From: Octopus bimaculoides
Taxonomy: Eukaryota
DNA length: 64,000 bases
Assembly: GCF_001194135.2 (NCBI RefSeq)
Contig: NC_068985.1
Span: 112,485,443-112,549,442 of the forward strand
Reading direction: 5' to 3'
Shown here: piece by piece, positions 25,160 to 38,989 of the stretch
How the letters are laid out: every line of letters starts with the position of its first letter
Position numbering within the stretch: position 1 is the first letter of the stretch
Notes under the pieces: generated by a model
Database searches by the model: none
What the model saw: the letters and a program-made list of their open reading frames with translations, nothing else
Told to the model about the DNA's origin: nothing
Program-made: the position numbers and the translations under genes

Positions 25160-25675
25160 GCACTTTAATCACTTCCCATCACCACCGTTATACAACAGAA
25201 GTGAGCCAACAAACACACAAACACACAGTACATATTACATCATAAAAGCACTGGTTGAGACAGTGATACATATAAAGTTATGGCAAGCTAAGTGAACTGG
25301 CTTGCCTTTAGTATTAAAATGAGTCAACGCTTGTGTATATGTGTATGTTTGTACATGTGTGTGTGTTGTGTTGGTGTGGGTGCATGTATGCGAATGATGG
25401 TTTCTTTGTCCAGACTAAATTAGACTAAAGTGATTTTGCTAAGAGATCTCCTGCGAAATGCTAATTAATTGCAATCTTATAAAGTGTGCAACCTCATAAA
25501 GTATAGGGTTGTAGTTATCGTTGTTGGTGGTGGTGTTTTTGTTGTTGTGGTGCTGAGAATGTAAAGTATCAGACAGAAATATCTCATAGTATTTAGTTTC
25601 CAATTCAAATGCCACGAAACCAGTAACAACTTTATATCCTTTATCCTTGATTCAACACCCAAGTTAATACATTAA

Positions 25676-26175
25676 GAACCACATCCTTTCTTTCACGGTC
25701 AAATTTACAAAAGAGGTATCATATTCTTTCGTCAACAGCCAAATTTATAAACAAGATATTACTGTCTTTCTTCTACAGTTAAATTTATAAAAGAGGTACC
25801 ACAATTCTTTTGTCAACAGCCAGATTTATAAACAAGGTATCATAATCCTTCTTCTGTGGTTAAATTTATAAAAGAGGTACCATATTGATGCTTTCAGTGC
25901 CAAATTTTAAAATAGATACCATATTCTTGCTTCCAGGGCTAAATTTATAAAAGAGGTACCATATTCTTGCTTTCAGGGTTAAATTTATAAAACAAGTACC
26001 ACATTGTTGCTTTCAGTGCCAAATTTAAAAATAGATACCAAATTCTTGCTTTCAGTGCCAAATTTATAAAATAGGTACCACATTCTTGATTCCGGGGCTA
26101 AATTTATAAAAGAGGTACCATATTCTTGCTTTCAGGGTTAAATTTATAAAACAAGTACCACATTCTTGCTTTCGT
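25676..26175 (+). repeat. Minisatellite with a 39-40 bp unit, about 12 copies
   Basis: Unit aaatttataaaagaggtaccatattcttgctttcagggtt, with recurring variants. Confidence 0.95.
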
Positions 26176-26900
26176 GTTTTGGAACCTCTCCAATTCCATT
26201 CAACTGATAACATAATCTCCCCCCAAATATCCCAACTTTATGTTCTCCCTTGTTATGGGTGACAAAGTGCTGGAAAAGGTTAAAAATGGTTAGAACATTG
26301 GTGAAAATGTCCAAGTGTGGAGACTAGGTTCTAATTTATACCAACAACTTTACTATCATTTGAACTCTTGACAACATGGTTCATAATCTGCAAAACAACA
26401 ACAGTTAATGTGGCAGTGGTGGTGATGGTTATAAGGAACGTGAGGACTTAGATGGCACTTTCTTTAGATGAAAACTGATACTTAGAGGCCACTTCTCAAT
26501 GGAAATGGATTGCTTCCTGTTTACCAATTTCTTTAAGGTTGAAGAGGGCCTGGAAAGTGGGATTAAATTGTGTAATTGACAACACACACACATAAACGAT
26601 TAAACTATAATCACACAACTACAAGACACACTAGCCCATACATATCCACACACACACACAAAATCAAACAACAGTGTATGAGGTGTTGAGCTCACACACT
26701 AGCCCATACATATATATATATACATAGATACACACACGCACACATACACAGTCAAACAGCTCACACACAAGCCCATACATAACACATACACACACACACA
26801 CACCTGGATTGCTACGCACAAATATATCAACCGCTATATACAGCAATCACTATGTTATTAGATTTCACTAAGTGCACATGAGAGAGAGAGAGAGAGAGAG

Positions 26901-26953
<53 letters not shown>

Positions 26954-27298
26954 ATACATGATAGTGGATATACATACATATTCATGTAAGTACCACATTG
27001 TGTAGGTTGTCATAAGGTGTGCTACAGTGCTGAACCAACTAATCTGACATAAGTAACCTCTCTAGAATAAACATACAAACTTGAGGTTATTTCTATTCAT
27101 AGTAAGTACAAGGTTGGCTGTGTGGTTAAGAAGTGCATTTCAAAACCATGTAGTAGTCTTTTGGGTTCAGTCCCACTGCCCAGCACTTTGGGCAAGTGTC
27201 CATCTTTGTCTATTATAGCTCCAGGATGACTAAAAACTTGTGAGGGAATTGGCCAGATAGAAACTGAAAGAAGCACATCATGTATGCGTGAGTGTATC

Positions 27299-27339
<41 letters not shown>

Positions 27340-27453
27340 ATCTTTGTGAGTTTCTTTACATTTGCACTCTGAACGTTGCAAAGTAGAAGCAATATTGTTG
27401 TCATATCGATTCTGCTATCCGAAAATAGGTAAGGATTGCTGACAAAAGGCCTC

Positions 27454-27498
<45 letters not shown>

Positions 27499-27939
27499 GT
27501 GTGTGTGTGTGTGCGTGTGTGTGTGTGCGTGTACACATGCTGGTTTATATTTGCACTCAATCGTCTTGCATGTGTTGAAAGTTCAAAGCTGTCTGAAATA
27601 AGAGTTCCGAAATAAGAGTTCCCTTACTTCAATCACAGGTAAGGGTTAGTGACAGGAAAGGTATCTAGCTGTAACACAACACCTAAAAAAAATATCTCAA
27701 TAATACATTCATTAAACCCATGATAGCAGGGGGGGGGGGATGAATGCAAGACAAACTAACGAATACAACTTTGACCTGACTTAATTTTCCTTTCTAAGTG
27801 TATATTATTAAATTTGAAAACAAGATTATATTCTAGCAAGACACTGAAAATTCAAAATTCTTAATAAAGATAATTTACCATTTTTTGGTGAGTATGTAAT
27901 GCTCATCCATAACATAACAAATATACACACCAAATTTAT

Positions 27940-28635
27940 TTTTAACTCTTTTGTTATCATATCTCTTTTAAAATACACCACCCTTTATTGTTATTAAGCT
28001 AGTGTTTGGAACGAATGCAATATGGAATTTTTTATTGAAGGTTTTAATTTAGATCACTTTAACTCTTTAGTTACCATATTTCTCTTGAAAAACATTGCCT
28101 TTCTTTCAATTAATTTTTAAAATACTGAACAATTTAGTAAAATAACTGTCATTAAATCAACATGAAGTTTTGATGAGAGACTTTAATTTAGATAACTTTA
28201 ACACTCTTAGAAGCCATGTTTCTCTTGAAAATACACTGCTTTTTGTTTCAATTGATTTTCAAAAATAATCGAAGAATTTAAAGTAATAACGTTGGCATTA
28301 TGAAGCTAGTGCATGGAACAAATTAACATGAAATTTTGATGGAAGGTTTTAAAATCTAGAGCACTTTAAAATATGGCCAGTCTCAGGTGGTTTACGTTGA
28401 ACTATGTTGTAAAGCCAACCTCTTAACACTTTCATTATCATATTTCTGTTTGCAATATACTCCCTTTGTTTCAGTTAATTTTGGAAAATAATGGAAAATC
28501 TAAGATAATAATTTTGCCATTAGTAAGCTGTTGTTTGGAACATGAATTAAACATGAAATTTTGATAAAAGGTTTCACTTTAGATCATTTTAAATCAGGAA
28601 ACTTGTATCGTAAAACCTGAGGCAGTCTCAAGCAG
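27940..28635 (+). mobile_element. Four stacked, diverged copies of a second TTAA-type MITE; single copy at 42236-42477
   Basis: Repeated ttaactcttt...catatttct...aacatgaaattttgat...tttagatcacttta. It ends gctggaatcaaaagggttaa like the 42477 copy. Confidence 0.7.
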
Positions 28636-29018
28636 GCTGGAATCAAAAGGGTTAAGACATACATCTGCATTAAACAGATGCGCCCTTCTGTATGTTTTCA
28701 TATACACAAATATGTGTGTATATATACATGTGTGTGTGTATATATAATAAAATTAACACACATATAGACATAAATGCATATATATATATATATCTATATC
28801 TTTTAGTCTTTTACTTGTTTCAGTCATTTGACTGCAGCCATGCTGGAGCAATGCTTTTAATCGAGAAAATCAACCCCAGGACTTATTCTTTGTAAGCCTA
28901 GTACTTATTCTATTGGTCTCTTTTGATGAACCACTAAGTTACAGGCATGTAAACACATGAGCATCAGTTGTCAAGCGATGTTGGGAGGGAGGACAAACAC
29001 AGACACACAAACAAATAT

Positions 29019-29056
<38 letters not shown>

Positions 29057-29514
29057 ATATATATNNNNNNNNNNNNNNNNNNNNNNNNNNNNNNNNNNNN
29101 NNNNNNNNNNNNNNNNNNNNNNNNNNNNNNNNNNNNNNNNNNNNNNNNNNNNNNNNNNNNNNNNAATCCACTCACAAGGCTTTGGTCAGCCTGCAGCTAT
29201 AGTAGAAGACACTTACCCAAGGTGTCACGCAGTGGGACTGACACAGTACGACACAGAATGTGACAAAGCTGGTGTTTTGAATTACAGGTACTATTAATTT
29301 TTTCCACCTGCGTGGATTGGAGCAACGGAAAATGAAGTATCTTGCTGAAGGACACAATCAGCTGCCAGATTTTGAACCAAATACCCTAACCACTAAGCCG
29401 TGTGTCTATAAATACAAGATAAGCAGTGGGACATGCAGTGGGACTGAACCTGGAACCATGTTGCTGAGAAGCAAACTTCTTACCACACAGCCATGTCTGT
29501 GCCTTTTGTGTAGT

Positions 29515-29740
29515 TAAGAATATGGTATCTATTTTATAAATTTGGTTATGGAAGAAAGAATATGATACTCTATTTATAAAATTGGCAATGTAAGAAAGAA
29601 TATGGTAACTCTGTAACAAATTTGGTCAGAGAAAGAATAATAAAGTATGCATTTTATAAATTTAGCCATGAAAGCAAGAATATAGAACTTGTTCTATAAA
29701 TGTGGCTTTGGGTGAAATAATATGGCATAAATTTTATAAG
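29515..29740 (-). repeat. Inverted, more diverged array of the same 40-bp minisatellite (about 6 copies)
   Basis: aagaatatggtatctattttataaatttgg is the reverse complement of the 25.7-26.2 kb unit. Confidence 0.85.
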
Positions 29741-30222
29741 TAGTCACAAAAAGAAAAAAAAAAACCAAAGGAAAACAGTTATGACACTTAGGACACCAAT
29801 ATATGAATTATAACGAGCTTGGTAAAGTTGACCATATTTTAACATGCAGTTCACGTGGAGTTGGAAAAAACGGCCATGACATATTGTAAAGGCAATTTTT
29901 CAAACACAAAAGAGTTAAAGACAAGAATATTTCAATGAATATTTAGTGAGTTTAGTAAAAGTAAAAAAAAAACCCAGATCAGATGAGAGACAATGTTAGT
30001 TTAGAAAGAGACAAACCAAGATGCAGAAGAACTCTCAGTATTTGGTGAATTCTGGAAGATTCCATAGGTATAGCTGTGGGATTATAAATTTCATTTTGTA
30101 ACCACATGGTTTCAGGTTCAGTCCTATTCCATGGCACCTTGGGCAAGGGTCTACTACAGCTTTAAGCCAATCAATGCTTTATGAGTGAATAGGCAGAAAC
30201 TGTGTGGAAGCCCATCAGCTTG

Positions 30223-30260
<38 letters not shown>

Positions 30261-30299
30261 CAAGCTAAGTAAAATCTCTATCTTCCATACACACAGGCT

Positions 30300-30690
30300 A
30301 GTCCTTTCAGATGCCAGTACCACATAAAAAGCACCCAGCACACTCTTAAGTGGTTGGCATTAGGAAGGGCATCCAGCCATAGAAACCGTGTCACAACAGA
30401 CAGTTGGAGTCTGGCCAGCTGCAAGTCAAATCATCCAACACACGCCATCATGGAAAGCAGATATATATATACAGTACCATCTGACTGGCTCCTGAGTTGA
30501 TGGCACATAAAAAGCACCCACTACACTCTTAGAGTGGTTGGCATTAGAAAAGGCATCCAGTTGTAGAAACCTTGCCAAATCAGACTGGAGCCTGGTGCAG
30601 CCTCCTGGCTTGCCAGTTCTCAGTCAAACCATCCAACCCATGTCAGCATAGAAAGCGGACATTAAACAACAATGATGATGATAATGATAC
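30300..30690 (+). mobile_element. Repeat family D (RTE-tailed SINE-like), two units; relatives at 40575-41055, 45015-45520 (minus) and 50930-51395
   Basis: Shared agtggttggcattaggaagggcatccagctgtagaaac ... ccatgc(c/t)agcatggaaagcggacgttaaac followed by (GAT)n, with internal short ggtgccac(g/a)taaaagcacc repeats. Confidence 0.75.
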
Positions 30691-31857
30691 ACACATTCAT
30701 GTACATACATAAGTATACATATGTCTTTGTGGTTGGTCCCCCAGCATAACTTGACAGATGGTATTGGTTTGCTTACATGCCCGTAAGTTGGCAGTTTGAC
30801 AAAAGAAACTTGACTTTAAAAAAAAAAAATTAGTGTTGGCATTGATTTGTTTGACTAAGAACTAAGGTGGTGCCACAGCATGGTCGCAATCCAATGACTA
30901 AGACAAAAGTAAAAGACAAAAGATAAAAGAATACTAACTAAAAAACAAAAAAACGAAAAATGATAAATAAATAAATAAAAATGGAATTTCTGAGAAATTC
31001 TTCTTGTCAGAATTATATTTCTGGTTTTAATCCACCCCCACGTACCCACCCACCACTTGCTCCTGTCTATTCAATCTATTCAAACCAATCAACTTCCATT
31101 GTTAAGCAAAAATATCTCTGCTTTCGTTTGTAGCATTAATAATGCTATAATTGTAGTTTAGTTTTTGTACTTCCTATCTGCATTCTTCCTCTTTGGTTAG
31201 AGTTAAATATATCTGCTGATGCACTTTCACCATGCACCTTACTGCACTCACACCGGCATACTCCCCAACCCCACCACAACCACCATCAACACTGACACTA
31301 CACTAACACAACCTTCAAACACTGCAGAAACAACAGTAACTCCAAAAACAATTTCACCTTCGCTGATTGATACATTGTAATGTGGTCGACCCATTTATAC
31401 CTCTCAACTTCAGTCGTTTCGAGTTATGTGCTTTTCAACTTTTATTTTTATTGGTTCTAATGAAATAAATGCGAAAAATAAACCTCAGCTTCAGTCAATC
31501 TATTCTGCTTTAAGTCAGTCTCAGCAAATATATTTAAAAGCATAAAAACTTTTACTCTAACAAAAAAAAAAACAAAAAAAAATCAGAATCATTACACGAC
31601 CAGGCTTTTGACATAAAAACTTTTCCCCCAGGGCACTGCTTTTCCATTTTGTCCATTGAGGCCACAAAGCAGACTGACAAGCCTTTTTAGATATTACTCT
31701 TTCCCCTCTTTTACTTGTTTCAGTCATTTGACTGTGGCCATGCTGGAGCACCACCTTTAGTCGAGCAAATCGACCCCAAGACTGAAGATTAAAGTAGCAA
31801 TTACACTAGTTAATGACTTTAGATGATGGAAGGAACAAGAGAGAGAAATGAGTGAGT

Positions 31858-31916
<59 letters not shown>

Positions 31917-32449
31917 TGTGTGAAAAACCTAGAAACACAAGCTGAAGAGAGGCTTCTGAGAAGTAGCTTGACTAGGTGAGCCTCTGAGACAAACTCTCAA
32001 TAAATGTTCAAGAATGATATGAGTGGACCCCTAAAAAGTGACCACACAAAGAGGATCACACAGAAATCTTAAGAAACATTTATCAAAAGTAGAACATCTG
32101 GTTTATGTTTATATAAAGTCCATTGCATGATTTTTTTTGTTAGTTTTATTAATTAAATAAAGGCGAGCAGAAAAAAAAACAACAGCAAAAAAACCCGGCA
32201 TCAATATAGAAAGGTTTCAAAAAAGTAACCAAAGTAAAAATAAATAAATGAAAACAAAAAAAAAAAAGGGTGAGAGATTTATAGTATAAAAATTTAGAAA
32301 CTTCCAGTGAACTTGAAATAATTTGTTTTAACTACAGAACTCAAAATAGATTATGCTATAATAATAGTATGTAAATACTGGTTTAAAAAATTTGTAAGTT
32401 ACCTTCTGTATAAAAGGGATTTTAGTGCACTATTAACATACTATTATTT

Positions 32450-32880
32450 ATAGGCGCAGGAGAGGCTGTGTGGTAAGTAGCTTGCTTACCAACCACATGG
32501 TTCTGGGTTCATTCCCACTGCATGGCACCTTGGGCAAGTGTCTTCTACTATAGCCTCGGGCCGACNNNNNNNNNNGGCACCTTGGGCAAGTGTCTTCTAC
32601 TATAGCCTCGGGCCGACCAAAGCCTTGTGAGTGGATTTGGTAGACAGAAAACTGAAAGAAGCCCATCGTATATATGTATATATATGTGTGTGTGAATATG
32701 TTTGTGTGTCTGTGTTTGTCCCCCCCCCAACATCGCTTGTGTTTACATCCCCGTTACTTAGCAGTTCGGCAAAAGAACCGATAGAATAAGTACTAGGCTT
32801 CCAAAGAATAAGTCCTGGAGTCGATTTGCTCGACTAAAGGCGGTGCTCCAGCATGGCCACAGTCAAATGTTAAAGAGTAA
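32450..32880 (+). mobile_element. SINE family A
   Basis: Full head, core and tail; contains a 10-N gap. Confidence 0.9.
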
Positions 32881-34074
32881 AGAATTTTGTCTACCTTGTA
32901 CTCTAGAGTTAAAAACAGATTATTTTCAAGATGAGACATATTTAGCTCTGCAGCATTTAGACCAGCCATATCTTGCCAAAATATTCTACCTCTTTTATAG
33001 TCAAACTGACCTGATCCTACCTCTCACATGTACCATACAATGTCATTTTAAAAATAAACAATCACAACACCAAAACGTTGAAGCTGCAAGAATGCATGAT
33101 TAATCAATTCAAAAACAATGTAAATATATAAGCATTACATTTAACAGAATAATTCGAATTGTTAAAGGGTTATGTATTGATGGCAAAGTTAGTTGTTAGG
33201 CAAATAATAAGCTATAAAGGATGTGTGTGATACAAAGGTCACACGTGTGAGTATATATATGTATATATATTGGCTTCATCAATGCCACAACAAACTTTAC
33301 CTAAGGATTTCCTCTCCAAAGTCCGCATTTTGTTGCCATCTGCAGTTATAAGAAATCAACAATAATTAAAAAAAAAAAAACAGGGTTTCAAAGAATTTGG
33401 GGCAATTTTGAATTAGTACGAGGTGATTACCAAAATGTATGACTGAAGGAACCTCTTCAGATTAATGCCAACCTAATACAAAAATGTTAACAAAAATGTG
33501 GGAGTAATAATTTAATCTTTTTTTTAAAAAAAAAATAGGGAACAAGGAGTTGGGAATGAGTATGTGGGATCTGCTTAAGCCTTTAAAACTAATTTTATAT
33601 TCAAAATATAAAAACTAATTTTATATTCAAAACCCCCACAGTATCAATGTGATCATAGCATAATTTTAATCACAACCAAAAGTTTGATATTGCATAAATG
33701 ATGACAAGCCTAGAATTTATTCCAATGTTTCACCGATCTACAATACCTTTGGCAGACATAGAACATCACTAGTTTCCCTGGATACAACTGTTTTTTTTTT
33801 TTCAACAGAAAAGTAAATATGACCATAAAGACTTGACCAATTTAGGAGATGAGTGTCTGACAAATCTGCTCCGTTGTACAGTTGATTGAAAAGAGGATAC
33901 AAGAGACGGCTCTCAGGTTTATTTAGATAATGCTGTACACTTTTAAAACAAGGCCATACTGGATGATGTAGCCTTAGACTTAAAAACAGAAGTTGACAAA
34001 CTGGAAGAATTGGATAGAATATCCTGCCCTATTCTTTAAAAATAAGCAAATCATAGTTTAATAATTGTGTCATA

Positions 34075-34730
34075 ATGCTGGTTTCAAATTTTGATACAAG
34101 GCCAACAATATTAGGGGATGGGTGCTAGTCAATTACATCAACCCCAAATGTTCAACTGGTACTTATTTTATTGGTCCCAACAGCATGAAAGGCAAAGTCG
34201 ACCTTGGCAGAATTTGAACTCAGAACATAAATGTAGATGAAATACCACAAAACATTTTTCCCAGCATGCTAACAATTGTGCCAGCTTACCAACTTTCACT
34301 GCGTTAATATTAAAAAATACTGATTTCAAATTTTGGCACAAGGCCAGCAATTTCATGGGTGGGTGCTAGTTGATTACATCAACCCCAGCGCTTAACTGGT
34401 ACTTATTTTGTTGACCCCAAAAGGATGAAAGGCAAAGTTGACCTCGGCAGAATTTGAACTCAGAACATAAAGGCAGACGAAATGCCGCTAAGCATTTTGC
34501 CAGCTTGCTGCCTTTATTGTGTTAGAATATTCGCTTTAAATTTTGGCACAAGGTCAGCAATGTTGGCTGGAGTGGGGTAGTCAATTTAATTGACCTCAGT
34601 GCTCAACTGGTATTTATTTTATCAACCCCAAACGGATGAAAGACAGTAGAATTTGATCTGAGAACATAAAGACAAACGAAATGCCACAAAGAATTTTGTC
34701 CAACATGCTAATGATTCTGCCAGCTTTGAC
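34075..34730 (-). mobile_element. Array of three SINE-B copies
   Basis: Three reverse-complement family B cores. Confidence 0.85.
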
Positions 34731-35139
34731 ATCTTGCAATACAATATTTATGCTTTATTAACAGAAAGTCAGGTTGTCATGAAATTCCACTAATACCATT
34801 TTCTATGCTTTTTCCTTTTGTAATAATATTTGAGAGTTATAGCAACAAAATCTTATTTGTAAATGGAAACTTGAATTTACTTAATCATCCTATAGCATTT
34901 AAACCGGCCATATCCAGCCTAAAAATCCTACCTGCTTTTTGTACAAACTGGCCAGATCCAGCCTAAAAATCCTACCTGCTTTTTGTACAAACTGGCCAGA
35001 TCCAGCCTCTCACACTAACTCTACGAAATCATTCTAATAATAAATAATCATGTCATCAAAATCTTGTAGCTTTGAGATAACAGGAGATAAATCCAGTCCT
35101 GCCCAAATACAATTGTAAATACCGAAAGATTTACAACAA

Positions 35140-35547
35140 CTTATAGGCATAGGAGTGGCTGTGTGGTAAGTAGCTTGCTTACAAACTACATGGTTCCGGG
35201 TTCAGTCCCACTGTGTGGCACCTTGGGCAAGTGTCTTCTACTATAGCTTCGGGCTGACCAAAGCCTTGTGAGTGGATTTGGTAGACGGAAACAGAAAGAA
35301 GCCTCTGTATATATGTATATGTATATATATATGTGTGTGTCTGTGTTTGTCCCCCCCCCCAACTTCGCTTGACAACCGATGCTGGTGTGTTTACATTCCC
35401 GTAACTTAGCAGTTCAGCTAAAGAAACCGGTAGAATAAGTACTAGGCTTACAAAGAATAAGTCCTGGGGTCGATTTGTTTGACTAAAGGTGGTGCTCCAG
35501 CATGGCCACAGTCAAAATGACTGAAACAAGTAAAATAGTAAAAGAGT
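35140..35547 (+). mobile_element. SINE family A, near consensus
   Basis: Full length; similar full-length copies at 36705-37119 and 41790-42195. Confidence 0.9.
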
Positions 35548-36869
35548 AACTCTTGAAGTGGCAATTGGTTCTCTTTGTTTTGTTATTTACTCGTGTGGTT
35601 TCAGCAAGTAATGATTCTGACTTGGAAGGGTTTACATTTCAAGTTTTACAAAATGTAGGAGAAACAAATGAGAAACCACAGATATAAATGTTTCTGAAAT
35701 ATTTGTCAAATGAGGAAGAGTATTTTTCATAGCAAAAGTGAAGATCTTCAGAATATCATTCAAAATACTATACTGATACAGTCAAACAATACAAGACATA
35801 TACATTATTTTATTGGAAATATATAACTGAAAATCATTGGTATTTAAACACCCAATGAGAAAATTTCAAGTTTACATGTAAAAAAACAAAATTTTAAGTC
35901 AGAAATAAATATTTGTTGATGACCCTCTTGACCAACTTCTTACCACACAGCCATGCCAGCAACAGAATATTCTAAATACTAGAGGGCTAACAATTCCATT
36001 CACACCTTTATAGGAATGTCACACTGACATCAGTACCTGACTAAGCACTTTATGTTATCAACGTGGTGGGATTTGAACTTATTGAGAGTAACTTTGCTTT
36101 TGTCTTTTTGGTATCAATAAAATACCAGAAGGTGAGCTGGCAGAAATGTCAGCACAATGGGTACATTGCTTAGCAGTATTTCATCTGCCTTTATGTTCTG
36201 AGTCCAAATTCCGCCAAGGTCGACTTTGCCTTTCATCTTTCTGAGGTCGATAAATTAAATACCAGTTGCATACTGGGATCAATCTAATCGACTGTCCCAC
36301 CAAACATTTCGGGCCTTGTGCCTAGAGTAGAAAAGAATAAAATACCAAACCACTCCTAGGGTTCAATTCATCTATGTATTTTCCCTCTTTTTCAGGTTTG
36401 CACCTGTATTCAAAGACGCAATCCAGAGAAAGGTGTACTTCAAAGACCCAGCCTTGTTACACTGTATCACATTAATTCACCTCGAAATTGCATTAATTCT
36501 TAACTTCCTGTTAGACACAGTACCATGCAGAAATGCATTAGTCAGCCAATCTTGAAATGCATGATATCACAAGAATTGTACTAATGTTGTTTACATTTAT
36601 TGTGGAAAAAAAGAGAACTAGTCTGTAACGTAATGGAGAGAAAACTTTAATCCTTTCATCTATCACTGACTTTTGTTCTGCAACAGAATGAAAAATTTTC
36701 AACAAGTGTAGGAGTGTGGTAAGTAGCTTGCTTACGAACTGCATGGTTTCGGGTTCAGTCCCACTGCGTGGCACCTTGGGCAAGTGTCTTCTACTATAAC
36801 CTCGGGCCGACCAAAGCCTTGTGAGAGGATTTGGTAGATGGAAACTGAAAGAAGCCTGTCGTATATTTG

Positions 36870-36900
<31 letters not shown>

Positions 36901-37559
36901 ATATGTTTGTGTGTCTGTGTTTGTCCCCTCCAACATCGCTTGACAACCAATGCTGGTGTGTTTACGTACCCATAACTTAGTGGTTCGGTAAAAGAGACGG
37001 ATAGAATATAAGTACTAGGCTTACAAAGAATAAGTCCTGGGGTCGATTAGCTCGACTAAAGGCGGTGCTCCAGCATGGCCAAAGTCAAATGACTGAAACA
37101 AGTAAAAGAGTAAAAAGAGTAACAGGAAGTTAAGAATTAAAGGTCTACATGTGTATTGAGGACTCAGCTACTCAAAAATTAATTTCCTAAGTAGGAATTC
37201 ATTTATCTAAAATAATTGAACATCCATCACCAAAACTGATGGGGAATCGACACAAAATAATAATAAAAAAAAAAATAAAAAAAAAAAGAGGCCAGCAACG
37301 ACTACTAAAATGCCTTTGTTTTTAACTCCAGGTGACATCAGGTCACTGAATAGACCTCTGATCAAAGACATCCCAGCCATGACCATAACCTATGACTAGT
37401 GTCCGATGTGTGTGTCATTTTTTTTGTGAAAATGACAGGTACTATTTCTGTTAGGTCAAGTGACTACATAGAAGCTGTTTCATTGGCCAAAGCTGAAAAG
37501 CCTTTGATCACAGATTTTCTCAATAATGGCTAACAACATTACATTTCACTAGTTCCCAA

Positions 37560-37740
37560 CCTCTCACAATTTCTGTATCTATTTCTCTCTAACTATCTAT
37601 CAATTTCTCTCTCTCTCTCTCTTTATATATATATATATATATATATAGCTATAAATCTCTTTCTGTCTATCTATTATACACAATCTTCCTTACTATGTTT
37701 CTCTTTCACTGTATTACTCACTTCATTATCTGTGTACCAT

Positions 37741-37781
<41 letters not shown>

Positions 37782-38752
37782 GTCTCTGTATGAAATCAAC
37801 GTCTCTCTTTCTCCCTCATTAACTATCACTCTTTCTCTGAGCCTAATATATATATATATATATATATATACACATTTCACTCTTTCTCTCTATGACATTA
37901 ACTATCTCTCTTTCTCTGAGCCTAACATACACATCTCCCACCCTCCCCACTTATTTATCTATATACCATAAAGTCTATCTCTCACGGAGTCTAACATACC
38001 TCTTCTCTCTCTCTCTGACATTCTCTCTTTCTCTGAGCCTAACACACACATCTCCCTCCCTCCCAACCTACCTATCAATCTATCTATATATCATAAAGTC
38101 TATCTCTCTTCAAGTCTAACATACAACTCTTCTCTCTATCTCTCTCTCCCCTCTTTCTTTCTATCTTTCATTATGTCCCACTTACCTCATTTCTCCCTCT
38201 CTCTCTCGACACCTCCCCATCTCCTACCACCACTACTACTACCACCACAACAGCTGACAGTTTATTAGTCCTACAATATCACTGATGTAAAAAGAAAAAG
38301 ACATAGCTGCTGAGGACACACTACACTGCATATCAGTTATTTCACGCTCTGGAACACACACAGCTGTGGCTGAAAGCTCACTATTACACATACTATATAT
38401 TCTACAGCTTCTGATACCACCACCACCACCACTACTACTACTATTACTACTACTACACATACTTATATACTATAAACACTGCTGCTAATACTACACACAC
38501 ACAGATACACTATAGCTACTGCTATTACTACATGATAACTATGGCTGCTACTACTACTATTGCTACTACACACACAGTTACTATAGCTGTTGTTACTGCT
38601 GCTACTGCTACTACTACTACTACAAATATACACTATGGCTGCTTCCACAACTATTTCATGTATATATTTATTCATACTATAGCAGCTACACACATATACA
38701 CACACATACATACATATCTATACACACATATACATAGATATATATATATATT

Positions 38753-38820
<68 letters not shown>

Positions 38821-38951
38821 TGCGCGCGTGTAGATCATATATATATATATATATACACACACACATTATAGCTTACAGGTAGTAGCTATAATGTGTGTGT
38901 ATATATATCATGTACATGCACGCATGTGTATATATATGTGTGTGTGTATGA

Positions 38952-38989
<38 letters not shown>

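Noticed and set aside
25676-26175. Regular 40-bp periodicity suggestive of a CRISPR array
   Set aside because: Whole units are repeated with no unique spacers and no cas genes; this is eukaryotic minisatellite DNA.
32526-32616. Direct duplication inside SINE-A
   Set aside because: The two copies sit either side of a 10-N gap, typical of an unmerged contig overlap.
34910-35005. 44-bp exact tandem duplication (plus a short one at about 33586-33630)
   Set aside because: Ordinary slippage inside a MITE or AT-rich DNA.
38240-38880. Ser/Thr-rich ORFs
   Set aside because: Translations of degenerate (CTA)n and (CA)n microsatellites.
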